Below are positions 42,118 through 59,938 of a DNA stretch of 64,000 nt, one piece after another. The DNA is from Octopus vulgaris. Lineage: Eukaryota. The stretch is taken from contig OX597839.1 of the NCBI GenBank assembly GCA_951406725.2, positions 2,170,001 to 2,234,000 of the forward strand, in the 5' to 3' direction. Under the pieces are notes generated by a model that was not told the DNA's origin, did not search any database, and saw nothing but the letters and a program-made list of their open reading frames with translations. The translations under genes were made by a program, and so were the position numbers. The number at the start of each line of letters is the position of its first letter. Within the stretch, counting starts at the first letter, position 1.

Positions 42118-42277
42118 GACGCGCTTCTTTCAGTTTCCGTCTACCAAATCCACTCACAAGGCTTTGGTCGGCCCGAGGCTATAGTAGAAGACACTTACCC
42201 AAGGTGCCACGCAGTGGGACTGAACCCGGAACCATGTGGTTCGTAAGCAAGCTACTTACCACACAGCCCCTCCTGCG

Positions 42278-42330
<53 letters not shown>

Positions 42331-42516
42331 TACACACACACATAAATTAACATACATATTGAGCACAAATATTACCTATACACTATATTATATGCACTAT
42401 ACACTCACTGTACAGAATACTAAACACACAGTACATGCAATGTAAATCAACACTGCACATGTTGATTAACAAGCACGCATGCAATGACTTCCGCCTGTTT
42501 TAACGATATCCAAACG
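41139..42516. repeat. 1.4-kb palindrome: unique arms plus inverted SINE-A pair (41374-41790 +, 41861-42279 -)
   Basis: cgtttggatatcgttaaaacaggcggaagtcattgcat ... atgcaatgacttccgcctgttttaacgatatccaaacg. Confidence 0.92.
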
Positions 42517-42784
42517 CTACAGGATTCGATTACATCAGAATTATTTCATTATTACGTTTCCTCTGTCGGTACAGGATAGTGACGTGATGGTGCACTCACA
42601 TGTGCAGTTGCACATGCATGTTGGTTTCTTGATTGTGCACTTCATATGTACACATACCTGTTGGTTGTGTGTGTGTGTGTGTGTGTGCCTTTGATATGTA
42701 TACATCTTTGTGTGTGTTGCTTGCACGAGAGTAAACACACGCATGCGCCTACGTAGGTCGCGTGTTGTCAACAACGTTATGTTT

Positions 42785-43230
42785 TATCTTTTATTTGTTT
42801 GTTTCCGTCGTCAGACTGCGCCCATGCTGGAGCAACGGCTTGAAGAAATTCAGTCGAATAAATCGACCCCAGTACTTATTTTTTCTTTCCTCAATCTTGA
42901 TACTTTTTCTATCGGAGTTTTTTTTTTTTTGCCGAACTGCTAAGTTACGGGGACGTAAACACACCAACAACGGTAGTCAAGTGGTTGTTTTGGTCGGACA
43001 GACACAAAGACACACACATACACACATACATGCATACATACATTAGTAGACATACATACATGCATACATACATACACACACATGCATACATACACACACA
43101 CATGCTTACACCCATATACGTATGCATGTATGCATGTATGTATGTAAAGATTGTTTGAAGTGCTGTACAGATTTTAAATATCAAGAACAAAGAGGTAGTC
43201 CGGTTTTGGGATAAAAGTTATTTATTTAGA

Positions 43231-43295
<65 letters not shown>

Positions 43296-43700
43296 ATTTC
43301 TTTACTACCCACAAGGGGCTAAACATAGAGGGGACAAACAAGGACAGACAAAGGGATTAAGTCGATTACATCGATCCCAGTGCGAATCTGGTACTTAATT
43401 TATCGACCCCGAAAGGATGAAAGGCAAAGTCGACCTCGGCGGAATTTGAACTCAGAACGTAACGACAGACAAAATACGGCTAAGCATATCGCCCGGTGCG
43501 CTAACGTTTCTGCCAGCTCGCCGCCTTATATATATATATATATACATATACGACGGGCTTCCTTCAGTTTTCGTCTACCAAATCCACTCAGAACACTTTG
43601 GTTGGCCCGAGGTGATAGTAGATGAAATTTGCTTAATATGCCACGCAGTGGGGCTGAACTCAGGGCCATGTGGTTCGAAAGCAAACTTATTATCTCACAG
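42785..43700 (-). mobile_element. Diverged SINE-A hosting a full SINE-B (43295-43526) in its microsatellite
   Basis: SINE-A halves on either side of the SINE-B. Confidence 0.8.
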
Positions 43701-43949
43701 CACCTACATGGTCGACCATTTCAAATACTGGTATGTGCATAATATCATCACGGCTGTGCATAGCACACGTATACATATGTATGCATATATTAGCACGTTG
43801 CACGACGGTGCATTTTAGATCTATACTTGTATGTGTATGTTGGTTGCACAAGTGTGCACTTCTGATGCAGTTATGTGTCTGCTATAAGCATGTCTGTACC
43901 CTCACCATACATGCAAGCAGGTGCATATTATTTGCACATCTGAGCACTT

Positions 43950-43987
<38 letters not shown>

Positions 43988-44699
43988 CATGTAGATGTCA
44001 ACATGTATGTATATAGTTATGCATATGTATGCATGTTAATGCACACATATATAGATGAAGAAGTATGTTGTTTGTATGATGGTGCACTTCCGATGCATGC
44101 AGGTAAAGTGTGCACTTGAAACATAATTATGCCCTCACCATACATGCAAACAGGTGCGCATTGTTTGCACATCTGAGCGCTTCATATGTATACTTGTAGA
44201 TGTCTACATGTGTATATGTAGATGTGCACATGTATACATGTAGCCATATGTTGTTTGCACGAGTGTGCACGTGAAATATTCTATGCAAGCGTATGTCAGT
44301 CGCGTGATTGTGCATTTCATATGTGTGCACGGCTCTGCACACCCTATGCATGCTGGTAGATGCATGTCGACAGCATGACTGGGCTTTTTACATGTTTACA
44401 CGTGCATGCATATTGACTGAATTAATGTGCACGTCACATGCATGCATGCATGCATGTATGTCTATGTGTATGCAGGTTATACGACTGTGCATTTCACATG
44501 TAAGGATGTTTGTCCGTGATAGTCATGCAATTGTGCATTTCACATGCATACATGCATTTGTATGTTGACTGCACAACTGCACGTGTCGCGTGTATGCATG
44601 CATATGTATGCATGTCGGGTGTACGGTTTTAGCACTTCAAACCTCTTAAACGTAATGATAGATGCCAGTTGACGTATTAACGGGCACTATAAATGATGA

Positions 44700-44719
44700 C
44701 ATCGGAGAGAGAGAGAGAT

Positions 44720-44792
<73 letters not shown>

Positions 44793-45009
44793 AGAAAGGT
44801 TAGAGGAGGCTGCAGAAGGAGACGAAGGAAGAAGGGGTGAGAAGAAAAGGAATAAAGATAGAGGGAGAAAGACAGAGAGAAAACAAAGAGGGAGGGAGAG
44901 AGAGAGATTTAGAAAGAGAAAGAATGGCCGACAGGGATGGTGGTGGTGGTTGTGCTGGTGGTGGAAGGAGGAGATGAGAGAGGAAGAAATAGAGAGAAAG
45001 GTGTGTGAG

Positions 45010-45053
<44 letters not shown>

Positions 45054-45390
45054 GGCAGATGAAGAACGATGAAACAGAAAGAGAAAGTGAATGAGAGAGA
45101 GAGCGGGAGAGTGTGAGAGAGGGATAGAAAGGTAAAAAGGGTCGAAGGGAGAGAGCAAGAGAGGGATAGGGGGAAAATATTATCACAGAAAGGAGAGAAA
45201 GAAGCAGAAGGAATGTGAAAGAGAGAGAGAGAGAGAGAAGGAGGGGAGAGATGCGAAATGGAGGGAGAAAGGGAGAAGGAGGAAAGGACCGAGGTAGATA
45301 CGGTGATAATGAAGAAAAGGGTGAGAGTAAGAGAGGTAGGAAGAGGAGGAGGAAGAGAGGAGGAGGAGGAGGAGGAAGGGGAGGGGGATA
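44700..45390. repeat. Polypurine (GA-rich) tract
   Basis: Directly visible. Confidence 0.9.
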
Positions 45391-45473
45391 GTAACGGAAC
45401 TGGCGCTAAAAATCTGATGTAAACTTTATATTTTTGGAATGTTCACGTCACTGTTTGTGATTGTTGATAAATA

Positions 45474-45511
<38 letters not shown>

Positions 45512-45585
45512 TAGGTGGAATCGATCGCTCACCACTATAAATACCGCATTTATTGATATATAATGGATATGTATACATGTATGCG

Positions 45586-45627
<42 letters not shown>

Positions 45628-45669
45628 TACATATATATATGCATGTATATATATATATATTATATATTT

Positions 45670-45712
<43 letters not shown>

Positions 45713-45869
45713 GTGTGCATGTAAATATGTATATGTATACATATATATACAAAATATATATACATATGTATATATATTATATATTATTTATATATATATA
45801 CATATATGTATATATATATTTTGGTATATACATACATAAATACATATAATATATGTACATATATATTTT

Positions 45870-45929
<60 letters not shown>

Positions 45930-46159
45930 TGTATGTGTGTATATTACATCCATAGCAGTATATTGTATGAGAGTGGAACGTCGCGGACATCGCCGCAGAT
46001 GAATGGCAAGGTCTGTTTATGCGGTGCGATGATCTAGTTTCAACTTGTGCAGCCTCTTACTGCGAAAGGTAAACACGCTGAAAAAGGGACAATGTGGTTG
46101 GTCTTGAAGGGCCGTCAGGGGACGGATGTGATATATATATATACATGATGTTATTGGTA

Positions 46160-47625
<1,466 letters not shown>

Positions 47626-47652
47626 TATTTATCTCTCTCTCTCTCTCTCTCT

Positions 47653-47690
<38 letters not shown>

Positions 47691-47721
47691 GGGAAGCTTT
47701 ATGAAAATAGACAAAAGACGA

Positions 47722-48011
<290 letters not shown>

Positions 48012-48285
48012 CGTGTGTGTGTAAAATATAGGGGTTTAGTTCACAGGTGATCTAAGCGGATAGGTACGCCGGGTAAGAGACAGGAGTTATGGAACAATAG
48101 AACTAGTGTAGATTTCCGATACAGCGGATATAAATTTGCTAAAAAAGGAAAACAAACACCAAGGTGAGACTTCGCAAGTCATATCTGTTATTATTATCAA
48201 AAATTAACTAGTTTTTAATGATAATAACAACGTATATGATCTGAGGTGTCTTGCTTTAGTGTTTGTTTTCCTTTTTAACAAATTA

Positions 48286-48365
<80 letters not shown>

Positions 48366-48489
48366 GTCTGCCTGTCTGTCTGTCTGTCTGTCTGCCTATC
48401 TGTATGTCTGTCTATATATATATATATATACATATAAATATATATACATAGATAGATAGATATACATACATATACATATATACATATAC

Positions 48490-48542
<53 letters not shown>

Positions 48543-48774
48543 CATACACATATCTATATACATACATATATATAGATACATATACATATATATATATATA
48601 TATACATATACATGTATATGTATAAATACATGTATATATATATACATATACATACATATATACATATACATACATATATATATACATATACATACATATA
48701 TATATACACACATATATATATATATGTATGTATATGTGTATATATATGTATGTATATGTATGTATATATACATG

Positions 48775-48816
<42 letters not shown>

Positions 48817-49199
48817 CGTACATGTATACGTACATACATACAAACATACAGATAGATAGATAGATTGATAGATAAATAGACACACACATAAGTATGTATG
48901 TTTGTATGCATCGACAAGTATATATGTATATATGTATATACATAACATTAGAATCATTCTGTGTGTTGTCCTAAGACAGTTGACACCTGTCACCTGTCAC
49001 CTCTTCCACTTTTGTATAACTAAAAAAAAATTACAAAGCACAACGAAAACAGAAAAAGGAAACGAAAACAAATCTGACTTTGTTTTTCTCTCAAAACTTA
49101 CAAAAGTGTGACCTCATTCATGTAATAAAGAGAGGAATTCATTGACCCAGTCTCCCGTGGTTGACACTGATATCAATAACAGTAGTGATAATAATAATC

Positions 49200-49692
<493 letters not shown>

Positions 49693-49714
49693 CGATGATG
49701 ACGACGATGATAAT

Positions 49715-50512
49715 TTACCCTGGTGCAGTACCAGGAAGTGGCTCTCGTGGATTCAGATCTTAACTGATTGGAAATGTTATCATTACATGTTTTGTCTAGG
49801 TATAAAAGATGGGCTACAACCAATATTCTGCTTAATACAGCAGATTTGCCTGTTAGTTGCTTGACAACTGAACATGTTACTTGATGCCTGACGATATGTG
49901 CATCTCTGACCAGGAGCAGGAGTAGTTAGGAAACATCATAGCCATGTGCTGAGAAGGATCCTTTAGGGTTTGAATAATTAAACCCTGGAAACATTGGCGT
50001 TTCGTTCATCACTCTTAAACGAACTTTATTCAAGTATCTTTTGAGCGGGTGGGCTACGCGACCCGAAAAGAATTCTGCCAGCTTGCCGCATTAATGATGA
50101 TAATAATAATAATGCCCTGAGGCAATACCAGGCAGTGGCTCTCATGGCTTCTGATCTTAACTGATTGAAAGTGGTATCATGTTAGTCTTGGTATAAAAGA
50201 TGGGCTACAGCAAATATTCTGCTCAATACCACAGATTTGCTGTCAGTTGCTTGACCGTAACCAATTGAGCATATCCCTTGTTGGCTGACGATCTGTGCAT
50301 CATCCTTAAACCTTATTTGTGCTGTATGGGCTACTCAATCAAAAGAAAATTCTAACTGGGCCCCACCTGCAAGGTTATGCGCGCGCTGTTTGTTTTGATA
50401 TAAGATCAGCATGGCGCACGCATATGGTTGTGATGCCTGGTGTACCCTTATCAGATGGGTAGTCATGTTGGGTATATTGGGCACTTTGATGGCGTGCGTT
50501 GCTCTCTCACTC
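49715..50512 (+). mobile_element. Two family E copies within (TAA)n/(TGA)n arrays
   Basis: Homology to 23643-24205. Confidence 0.75.
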
Positions 50513-50599
<87 letters not shown>

Positions 50600-50632
50600 A
50601 ATAATAATAATAATAACAATAACAATAATAAT

Positions 50633-51253
<621 letters not shown>

Positions 51254-51280
51254 TAATAATAATTATTTTTTTTTTAATAT

Positions 51281-51473
51281 TCAGACAAATACATAACAAA
51301 AACACCAGGACTTACAAACACATATAACATACAGAAAATTGCACTACTAGGCACTGCACACATCCTACGCAGAACACTTTCCATACAATAACCATCAGAG
51401 CATCACAACATATCACAGCACATACCCAAGGCACACAGTAGTGAAGTGAAAGTTCACTATAAAAATAAAACTA

Positions 51474-51478
<5 letters not shown>
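51281..51478 (+). mobile_element. Third Dong/R4-like 3' end
   Basis: NIQKIALLGTAHILRRTLSIQ*; ends in (TAA)n. Confidence 0.75.
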
Positions 51479-51504
<26 letters not shown>

Positions 51505-51654
51505 GAGTGTCTTCCACCATAAGTTAACATCCAAGTACCAAAGCTTATAATTTTCAGAAAGAAACCCTGTGAGATGTTTGACAACAGGTTGATGTCCGCT
51601 CTCACAGAGTCAATCAGAGCAAGATCAAGAGTTCTGAGAATTAAAGCAATAATA

Positions 51655-52065
51655 ATCCTTTTGACTTTAGGCACAAGGTCTGAAATTTAAGTGGTGGGGG
51701 CTTAGTCGATTACAACGACCCCAATCTTCAGCTGGTACACATTTTATCGACTTCGAAAGGATGAAAGGCAAAGTCGATCTCGGCGGAATTTGAACTCAAA
51801 ACCTTTCTACTATAGGCACAAGGCCTGAACTTTCGTGGTGGTGGTGGTGGTGGTGGTGGTGGTGGTGGTGGTGGTTTTGGTGGTAGTGGTGGTGATAGTG
51901 GGGAAAGCTAGTCAATTACATCGACCCTAGTGCTCAACTGGTACTTATTTCATCGACCGTGAAGAGATGAAAGGTAAAAAGTGACCGCAGTGGAATCTGA
52001 ACTCAGAACGTAATGTCGGACGAAATGCCGCTAAGCACTTTGTCCGGTATGCAAGCTCATCGCCT

Positions 52066-52119
<54 letters not shown>

Positions 52120-52197
52120 AACTACTACTACTACTACTACTGCTGATGATACTACTACTGCTGCTGCTGCTGCTGCTACTACTACTACTACTACAAC

Positions 52198-52257
<60 letters not shown>

Positions 52258-52600
52258 TGATGATGATGATGATTGCTTTTATTTACCACTAGGGCGAAGG
52301 ATGTCGGGGTCAATACAAAGACAGACATAAAATGTGGGTGTTTTACATATAATTAAATGATAATGATTTCAAGTTTTGGCAAAGGCCAACAGGTTCGGTA
52401 GGGTGGGGTCGGGTCGGGTTGGGTCGGTCTAAATCGATTACATCGACCCCAGAACTCAATTGATATGATTTTGTCGTCCTCGAAGGGATGAACTACAAAG
52501 TGAATGAACATCGGCGGTATTTGAACTCAGAGAGTAAAGACGGACGAAATGCCGCTAACTATTTTGTCCGGCATGCTAACGATTCTGCCAGCCCACCACC
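51655..52600 (-). mobile_element. Cluster of SINE-B2 copies among trinucleotide arrays
   Basis: Family motifs. Confidence 0.7.
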
Positions 52601-53333
52601 TTCATAATAATAATGATAATTATACTTTCCAACACAGGCACAAGGCCGGAAATTTTGTTAGGGATGGGGTGGGGGTTAGTGATGTTATTGTGATTATTTT
52701 TGTTATTGTTGCTGTTGTACTTGTTGTTTAACCCCTGGTCAAATCTGATCGAGAAGACTTATGATCAAAGGCGTTCCAACACCATGTCTATTCCACCTTA
52801 ATTTAATTGAACATTTTGGAATTAGTGCGTGGGTTTGCAGTGTTAGGCTACTATTTCTAGCTAGTCAAGGACTCAGTTCCCTGATCGGGTCGCTTTTGTT
52901 ATTGTAGTAGTTGTTCAACTCCAGGTCAACCCTATGAACAAATTTATTCCAGCCGTGACCAACGCTTGTGAAGAGAACAGAGAAACCAAGAACACATTAT
53001 CAAATCTAACGCCCTTTAAAATGTGTGAATGTACGTGCATGTGTAATTGAAGGAAGATTTGGCTGCTATTACTAGCAAATTGAGTGACAACATAGAGATG
53101 CCCTCATTGATTCGCGTAGGACATAGTTTCATTTAAAGGACAGATAAACAAAGGTGTCCCCCTGTGAGGTAGTGGGGAAGGCCAGGGGTCACCTAGCCAT
53201 CAAGGGCCCATAACCTGCCAATATTTGTCTGTGTGTGTACACGTATGTGTGTGCATATGTGTGTAGGTGTATGTGTGTAGGTACTTGTGATTGTATGTGT
53301 ATGTATGTTTGTGTGTGTGTGTGTGTGTGTGTA

Positions 53334-53381
<48 letters not shown>

Positions 53382-53468
53382 TGTGTGTGCGTGCGGGTAT
53401 TTACTCGACATAACATAGCACTTCTGTCCAATAAATATTCTGCAGCTAGTGCACTAGCTCACGCATGG

Positions 53469-53534
<66 letters not shown>

Positions 53535-53555
53535 TATAAGCATGTACACACACAA

Positions 53556-53655
<100 letters not shown>

Positions 53656-53815
53656 ATTGCCTGGTTTCTAGTACAATGGTAGGGCACAAATGCATATATA
53701 TATATTATATAAGTATGTACATATACATAAACGCATACATACATCATACACACATACACACGCACATTTACACACACACACACACTCTCTCTCACACACA
53801 CACACATATATAGTG

Positions 53816-53916
<101 letters not shown>

Positions 53917-54276
53917 CAGACAGACAGATAGACAGATGGATTGATGGACAGATAGATTGACTGATCCCGGCGGTTTTAGTGCAACGATAGGTGATGTAGG
54001 TGAGTGGGAATTTGAATGAGATTTAGCTGCTATTTCTAGCAAATCAGACAGCCACGTAAAGATTATCTCATTGGCTCGTTTAGGGTCAAGATTGATTAAA
54101 AATAAATAAATAAATAAATAAAAAAATAAATAAATAAAATAAAACAAATAAATGAGGCTGTGTGTGAGGAAAGAGTGGTTGTGGGTCCCTTGGGCAGCAC
54201 AGCGTTCACACACTTAAAAACAAACACAAACACACACACACATTCGTCTACATATGTATGTAGATATATTTATATG

Positions 54277-54314
<38 letters not shown>

Positions 54315-54691
54315 CATATATATACTTGTATATATATATATATATACTTGTATATATATATACGTATATATATATACAAGTATATATATATATATATACA
54401 AGTATATATATGCATATACACAGACATTCACACACGCTGAGCTACATACAAACGTACATTAAATATATGTACATGTACATACACATTCACACACCTTGAT
54501 ACATACATACATACATAGATACATACATACATAGATACATACATACATATATGTGTATGTGTGCGTGTGTACATGTATGTATAAATATTTACTTACCACA
54601 GCATAGATAGCGCATCTGTCCAGTAAGTAAGTCCTATACAGCCTGTGGACACAAATGTATATATATATATATATATATAGATTTATATATG

Positions 54692-54744
<53 letters not shown>

Positions 54745-55139
54745 TCTTTATATATACTCTTTATATATACTCCGAGGTTTCTCTCGCCCTTGTCTTGGCT
54801 ATTCCTGATTTAATCTTCAATTTTTCCCTTTTTTTAAAAATTATTCTCTCTTTCGCTTTCTTTCTTTCATCTACCGTTATATCGTATGTATATTGTATTA
54901 TGTTGTGTGCTATCGCTTGATATCGCACATCTTTCTCTCTCTCTTTCTGTTTCCCTGCCTCACACAACTATGTAAGACACACACCCATACATACACGAAC
55001 GAGAACACATGCGCACATGTACACGTGCATACACGCATACGCAACATATAGAAAGCAGCCATACATTAAGTAGTAAAACTAATGGGCTATTTTTAGCAAG
55101 AATATTTTGGTCACGCCCACCAGTCAGGAAGACGCACGG

Positions 55140-55299
55140 TATCAACACCAGCACCACCAGCACCAGCGCCATCATCATCATCATCATCATCGTTGTCGTC
55201 GTCATTACCACCACCGTCATCATCATCATCATCATCATCATTGCCAACATCTTCAACGTCATCGTCACGACCAACACCACCACCAGCAAGAGTAACACC

Positions 55300-55330
<31 letters not shown>

Positions 55331-55755
55331 ACGCTATCACGATCATCATTAACATCATCACTTTCACTTTCACTTTCATCATCATCATCGTCATCGTCGT
55401 CGTCGCTGCTGTCATCGTCGCCGTCGTTGTCATTGTCATCATCATCATTATCATCATCATCATCATAATCGTCATTAGCAGCAGTAACGGTAACAGTAGC
55501 ACCACCACTACCACCGTCAGCAACAGCAACACTATCGTCACCACCACCACCATTTCTGATGAATAGTTTCATCATCATCATCATCATCATCACCAAAACC
55601 GTTGTCATCGTTGTCATCACAATCACCACCACCAGTAACCATCATTATCATCATAAATATTTATGTAACTACTACTACTACTACTACTACTAGTAGTAGT
55701 AGTAGTGACATCATCATCATCATCATCATCATCGGCAGCAGCAGCAGCAGTAGCA
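55140..55755. repeat. Compound trinucleotide low-complexity tract
   Basis: Directly visible. Confidence 0.9.
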
Positions 55756-55999
55756 ATCGCGATATGTCGATATTAATATCGCTATTGCTATTATTAGTCT
55801 ATAACAGAATTAGTAAAATGATGCTTATAATAATACCTTGTGTTATATTGTGTTACCGCATCCTTTACATTCCCAGTTCGAATCCCGCTGAGATCAATTT
55901 TGCATTTTACACTACATGGGAGATCGATAAAAATAGGTACCAGCCTAGTAATGTGGTTCGATCGTGTTATAAGTGGCCGTACCTTTTCCTTGTGTGCTC

Positions 56000-56960
56000 T
56001 TGTGACTCTCTTCTCGACACAGAGTCAAAGATCCTTGCAAAGGTGCTCGCCAAGAGGCTGGCCTTTGTTGTTGGAAGTGATGTCGGAGACGCTCAAACCT
56101 TTGCGATCCTCGGCAGGTCTACGACAGTTTCGGTGGAAACGTTGGCTTGGTGGTTAGGGGTGTTGGAATCATGATCGTAAGATTGTGGTTTCAGTTTCTG
56201 GACCGGGCGACGCGTTGTGTTCTTGAGCAAAACCCTTCATTTCACATTGCTCCCGGGCAATCAGCTGACAAAAATGAGTAATCCAGCGACGGACCGACCG
56301 GCGTCCAGTCCAGGGAGGAATATATACGCCAGAGAAACCGCGAAACCGGCCCTTATGTGTCGGTATGACTCGCGAAAGAGCTTTATCCTATCCTATACGA
56401 CAACTTCTGACTCGAGGTGCATCGTACAAGGAGTCGAGAACATATCCGATTTTGATGAACCACAGGATTTTGACAGGGTGGACCATTGCTATCAGGTGGG
56501 TGTCCTAACAACTGTCAGCTTCGGTCTCGTCTTCAGAGGCTGGATCATCACAATGCACAGCGGCATCTATTCGATAGTCAAATCAATCGGCTACCTCTCG
56601 GAGTTTTTCAGGATCAAATGCTCAGTTTGCCAGGGATGTACCCTCTCCCCGCTTTTATAAGTTTTGGCGATGAAACATTTGTTGCGACGGCTAGAGAGTT
56701 TTAGGGATATCTCGCGGGGACTAGGTCACGCGAGAGCCGTGTTTGCATAGGCGGACGACGTCACTATCATGGTACCGGACACTTCGGATATAGAAATCAT
56801 CGACACCATCCTGAAAGAACAACCAGGTATATACTGGAGCACACATAAATCAGAACAAATCGGTGTGTTTGTAACTAGACTGTTGTAGAGACAAGTTCAT
56901 CTCGACCAGCGACGATTTCTGTCGCTGGAATAAAGATCCGGTGAAAGTGCTCCGAGTCAA
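56000..56960 (+). mobile_element. Tx1/L1-like RT relic interrupted by a SINE-D (56140-56390)
   Basis: LLDTESKILAKVLAKRL, DFDRVDH, QGCTLSPLL, ADDVT. Confidence 0.75.
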
Positions 56961-57372
56961 ATTCGGAGCTATCTCCCATGTAGAAAAAGTTAACCCTCAG
57001 AAAGAGAATCACCTCTCAGGTGAGAAGGAGTTCCTCTCTTATGAAATGGTACACATTTCAAATGAGGAGAAATCCATTATTAACCTGTATGAAACAGTCT
57101 TCAAAGCCATTCGAAAGATTAACAGTTCTTCGAGAAAATAAGAACTCAATGCTGCACACACTAAGTGAGTATAGTATTGTCTCTAATTTTATTCGTGACA
57201 AGCTATCCCGAAAGTCCGTTAAGATTTGCTCCTTTAGCATTTAAACCAGCCATATCCAGCCCAAATATCCTATCCATTTTATGTCCAATCCAACCAGATC
57301 CGGCTTCTCATTCCTACCTTCTACTCATATCATCGAAATTTCAAAGCGACGAGGTAATGCATCAGTGATATA

Positions 57373-57604
57373 GGCGAGCGAGCTGGCAGAAACGTTAGCA
57401 CGCCGGGCGAAATGCGTAGCCGTATTTCGTCTGCCGTTACGTTCTGAGTTCAAATTCCGCCGAGGTCGACTTTGCCTTTCATCCTTTCGGAGTCGATTAA
57501 ATACGTACCAGTTACACACTGGGGTCGATATAATCGACCTAATCCGTTTGTCTGTCCTTGTTTGTCCTCTGTGTTTAGCCCCTTGTGGGTAGTAAAGAAA
57601 TAGC
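57373..57604 (+). mobile_element. Full-length SINE-B with 18-bp TSD
   Basis: taatgcatcagtgatata at 57355-57372 and 57605-57622. Confidence 0.93.
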
Positions 57605-57895
57605 TAATGCATCAGTGATATAATGCAATGTGGATACATATTACATTTGACAGAGAAATCTGAATGCTAAAGAGTCAGGTTGTAATAATGTGTGTAAATA
57701 ATAGAATTGTGTAATAATACATAACGACACTGAAAGATTATATCTTTGTTCAATCTTGTAATTCAATTCTTTGAAGAAATGCATGGAAAGGATAGGCTGA
57801 TGTGCTAATGGGCCAGGAGAAATGGGATGAAAATACAACAACCAAAAACATGATAGAATATTTACATAAGTTTCTGGAATGCTTATATCGTTTTA

Positions 57896-58285
57896 CTAGC
57901 AGTATCGCCCGGCGTTGCTCGGGTTTCTTTCGACCCTTTAGAATAGGAATTTTTGAAAAGTAAAACTTTTGCATTATGTAGCTTGTTATTCTCTTTAAGT
58001 GAACATTTTTCTGGTTGAAACACACCGAAAAATAGCGACACAGCAGTAAAAAAAATCGTTAAAAAGTAGGGATTTTCATAGAAAAAAAGCACCTTTTTGA
58101 TGTAAATAATTTTTGATGTTAACATGGCCCGATTTGAATTTTTTCTTCTACGGAAGGAAGAGCAAGTCTTTTTCTATCATACTCTCAATTTTTGTCAACT
58201 TGCGCCGCAGGGTCTCGGAGGAGATAGTGTTAGTTGAAGGCTACCAAACCTGCCATGCACAGACAACTTCAGCTTTATATATAGA
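57896..58285 (-). mobile_element. Non-autonomous Helitron
   Basis: 5' TCTATATATAAAG; 3' hairpin cccgagcaacgccggg followed by CTAG|T. Confidence 0.8.
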
Positions 58286-59041
58286 GTTATATTATATTAA
58301 CTATCCAAAGGACGAAATCCCTTGCACGTTCGCTACAACCATGGAGTTATTGAGGGTTCTAGAGCCACCAGCATCAAATAGTAAAATGAAAAACTAGAGA
58401 GGTATCAAGAAGAAAACGTAATCAAAGCATTAAGACATTGGTGAGCACTGATCAAAGGGAAATTTGAAAGCATATATTGCTGACGTCATAAGAATTTAGA
58501 AACTTCGAGAGAATGTGAAATATTTCTTTTTCAGAATAGTGGAAGATCAACTTTTTCACTATTTAAGCTGCTTTTTCATTAATGTTTTTTTTTTAAAGAA
58601 GCACGTTCCGTTTCCCTTTCTCCTCTTACTCGCGACTTCCACGTCATCTTCCCCTCCGCACCATCCTTTCATATGCAATACGATTACACCCACACACCAT
58701 CCCCCAAACTATATCCCGCCACTACGTTCCCATCCTTGCGCACCTCCACATACGTCCACACACCCAATAAAACTATATGCACCCCATTCCCCTACAAACA
58801 CACACTTCTCGACGGGTTTCTTTCAGTTTCCGTTTTCCAAATCCACTCACAAGACGCTTCTTTCAGTTTCCGTTTTCCAAATCCACTCACAAGACTTTGG
58901 TCGGCTCCAGGCAATAGTAGAAGACAGTTGGCCAAGGTACCACGCAGTGAGACAGAACTCGGAACAAGCTTTTTACCACACGACCACGCCTGTGCCTATA
59001 TGATCAAAAATTAAATTTGTTTCTTCCACCAAATATGTATA

Positions 59042-59296
59042 CAGTAATCCCTCGCCATATCGCGGTTCATCTATCGCGGTTCACCTATCGCGGTTCACCT
59101 ATCGCGGTTTATTATTTAAGCTAACGTCGATTCCTCTGAGGTGTTGTTTTGCATTTATAATAAAATAAATATACATGAATTATAAAAATAATAAAAACAA
59201 AAATAAATATAGTACCGTACTGTTTCTACTTCGCGGATTTTCACCTTTCGCGCAGGGTTTTGGAACGTAACACACGCGATAGTCGAGAGATTACAG
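59042..59296. mobile_element. Tigger/pogo-type MITE with internal tatcgcggtt repeats
   Basis: TA|cagtaatccctcg ... cgagagattacag|TA. Confidence 0.75.
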
Positions 59297-59938
59297 TACT
59301 TGCAAATTAGCGGTGCGTCTTATATGCCGGCAATTGCAGTACACAGAGTTTTAATGATTTTTTATAAGGTACTGTGGTAATTTAAAATGTAATAATCAGA
59401 TATCCGAAAAATTCAGTTATCCAGCAAGCTTATGGTCCCGATGGTGTCGGATAAGAGGGAGTTTAGTGTATTTGTATGGACATAGGTCTAGGCATGGTTG
59501 CTTAGTTAGGATGTTTGTTTCGTAGCCATGTAGTTTCGGGTTCAGTCCCACTGTACATCTTGGTTAAGTGTCCTCTTATATAGCCGCGGGCGGATGAATA
59601 CCGGATAAGAGGGAGTTTATTATATATAGATCTTCGTGTCTACCTTTGTATGTTGAGTAGTAATAATAATAAACGCGAAATTCTGTCTGTCCGTCTGTCC
59701 GAGGCCCTATATCTCAGCCTATAATTTGCTCTACATATGCATATTATACCATTTCAGAATCAGTATGATCCTGGGATTGAAAATATGCCCTTCATTTGGT
59801 TCTTGAAGACCCAGCATTAGGATCAGTTCTGGATGAGTATTTGTTATATGCTAACAGTTGAAAATTCAAATTTTAAAAAAACTCCAAAAATTTGTGAACT
59901 TACAAGAACTTCATTTAAACATATTGGTAAGGTAATAC

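Noticed and set aside
44685-44700. TATAAAT as a TATA box
   Set aside because: Too common in AT-rich DNA; no other support
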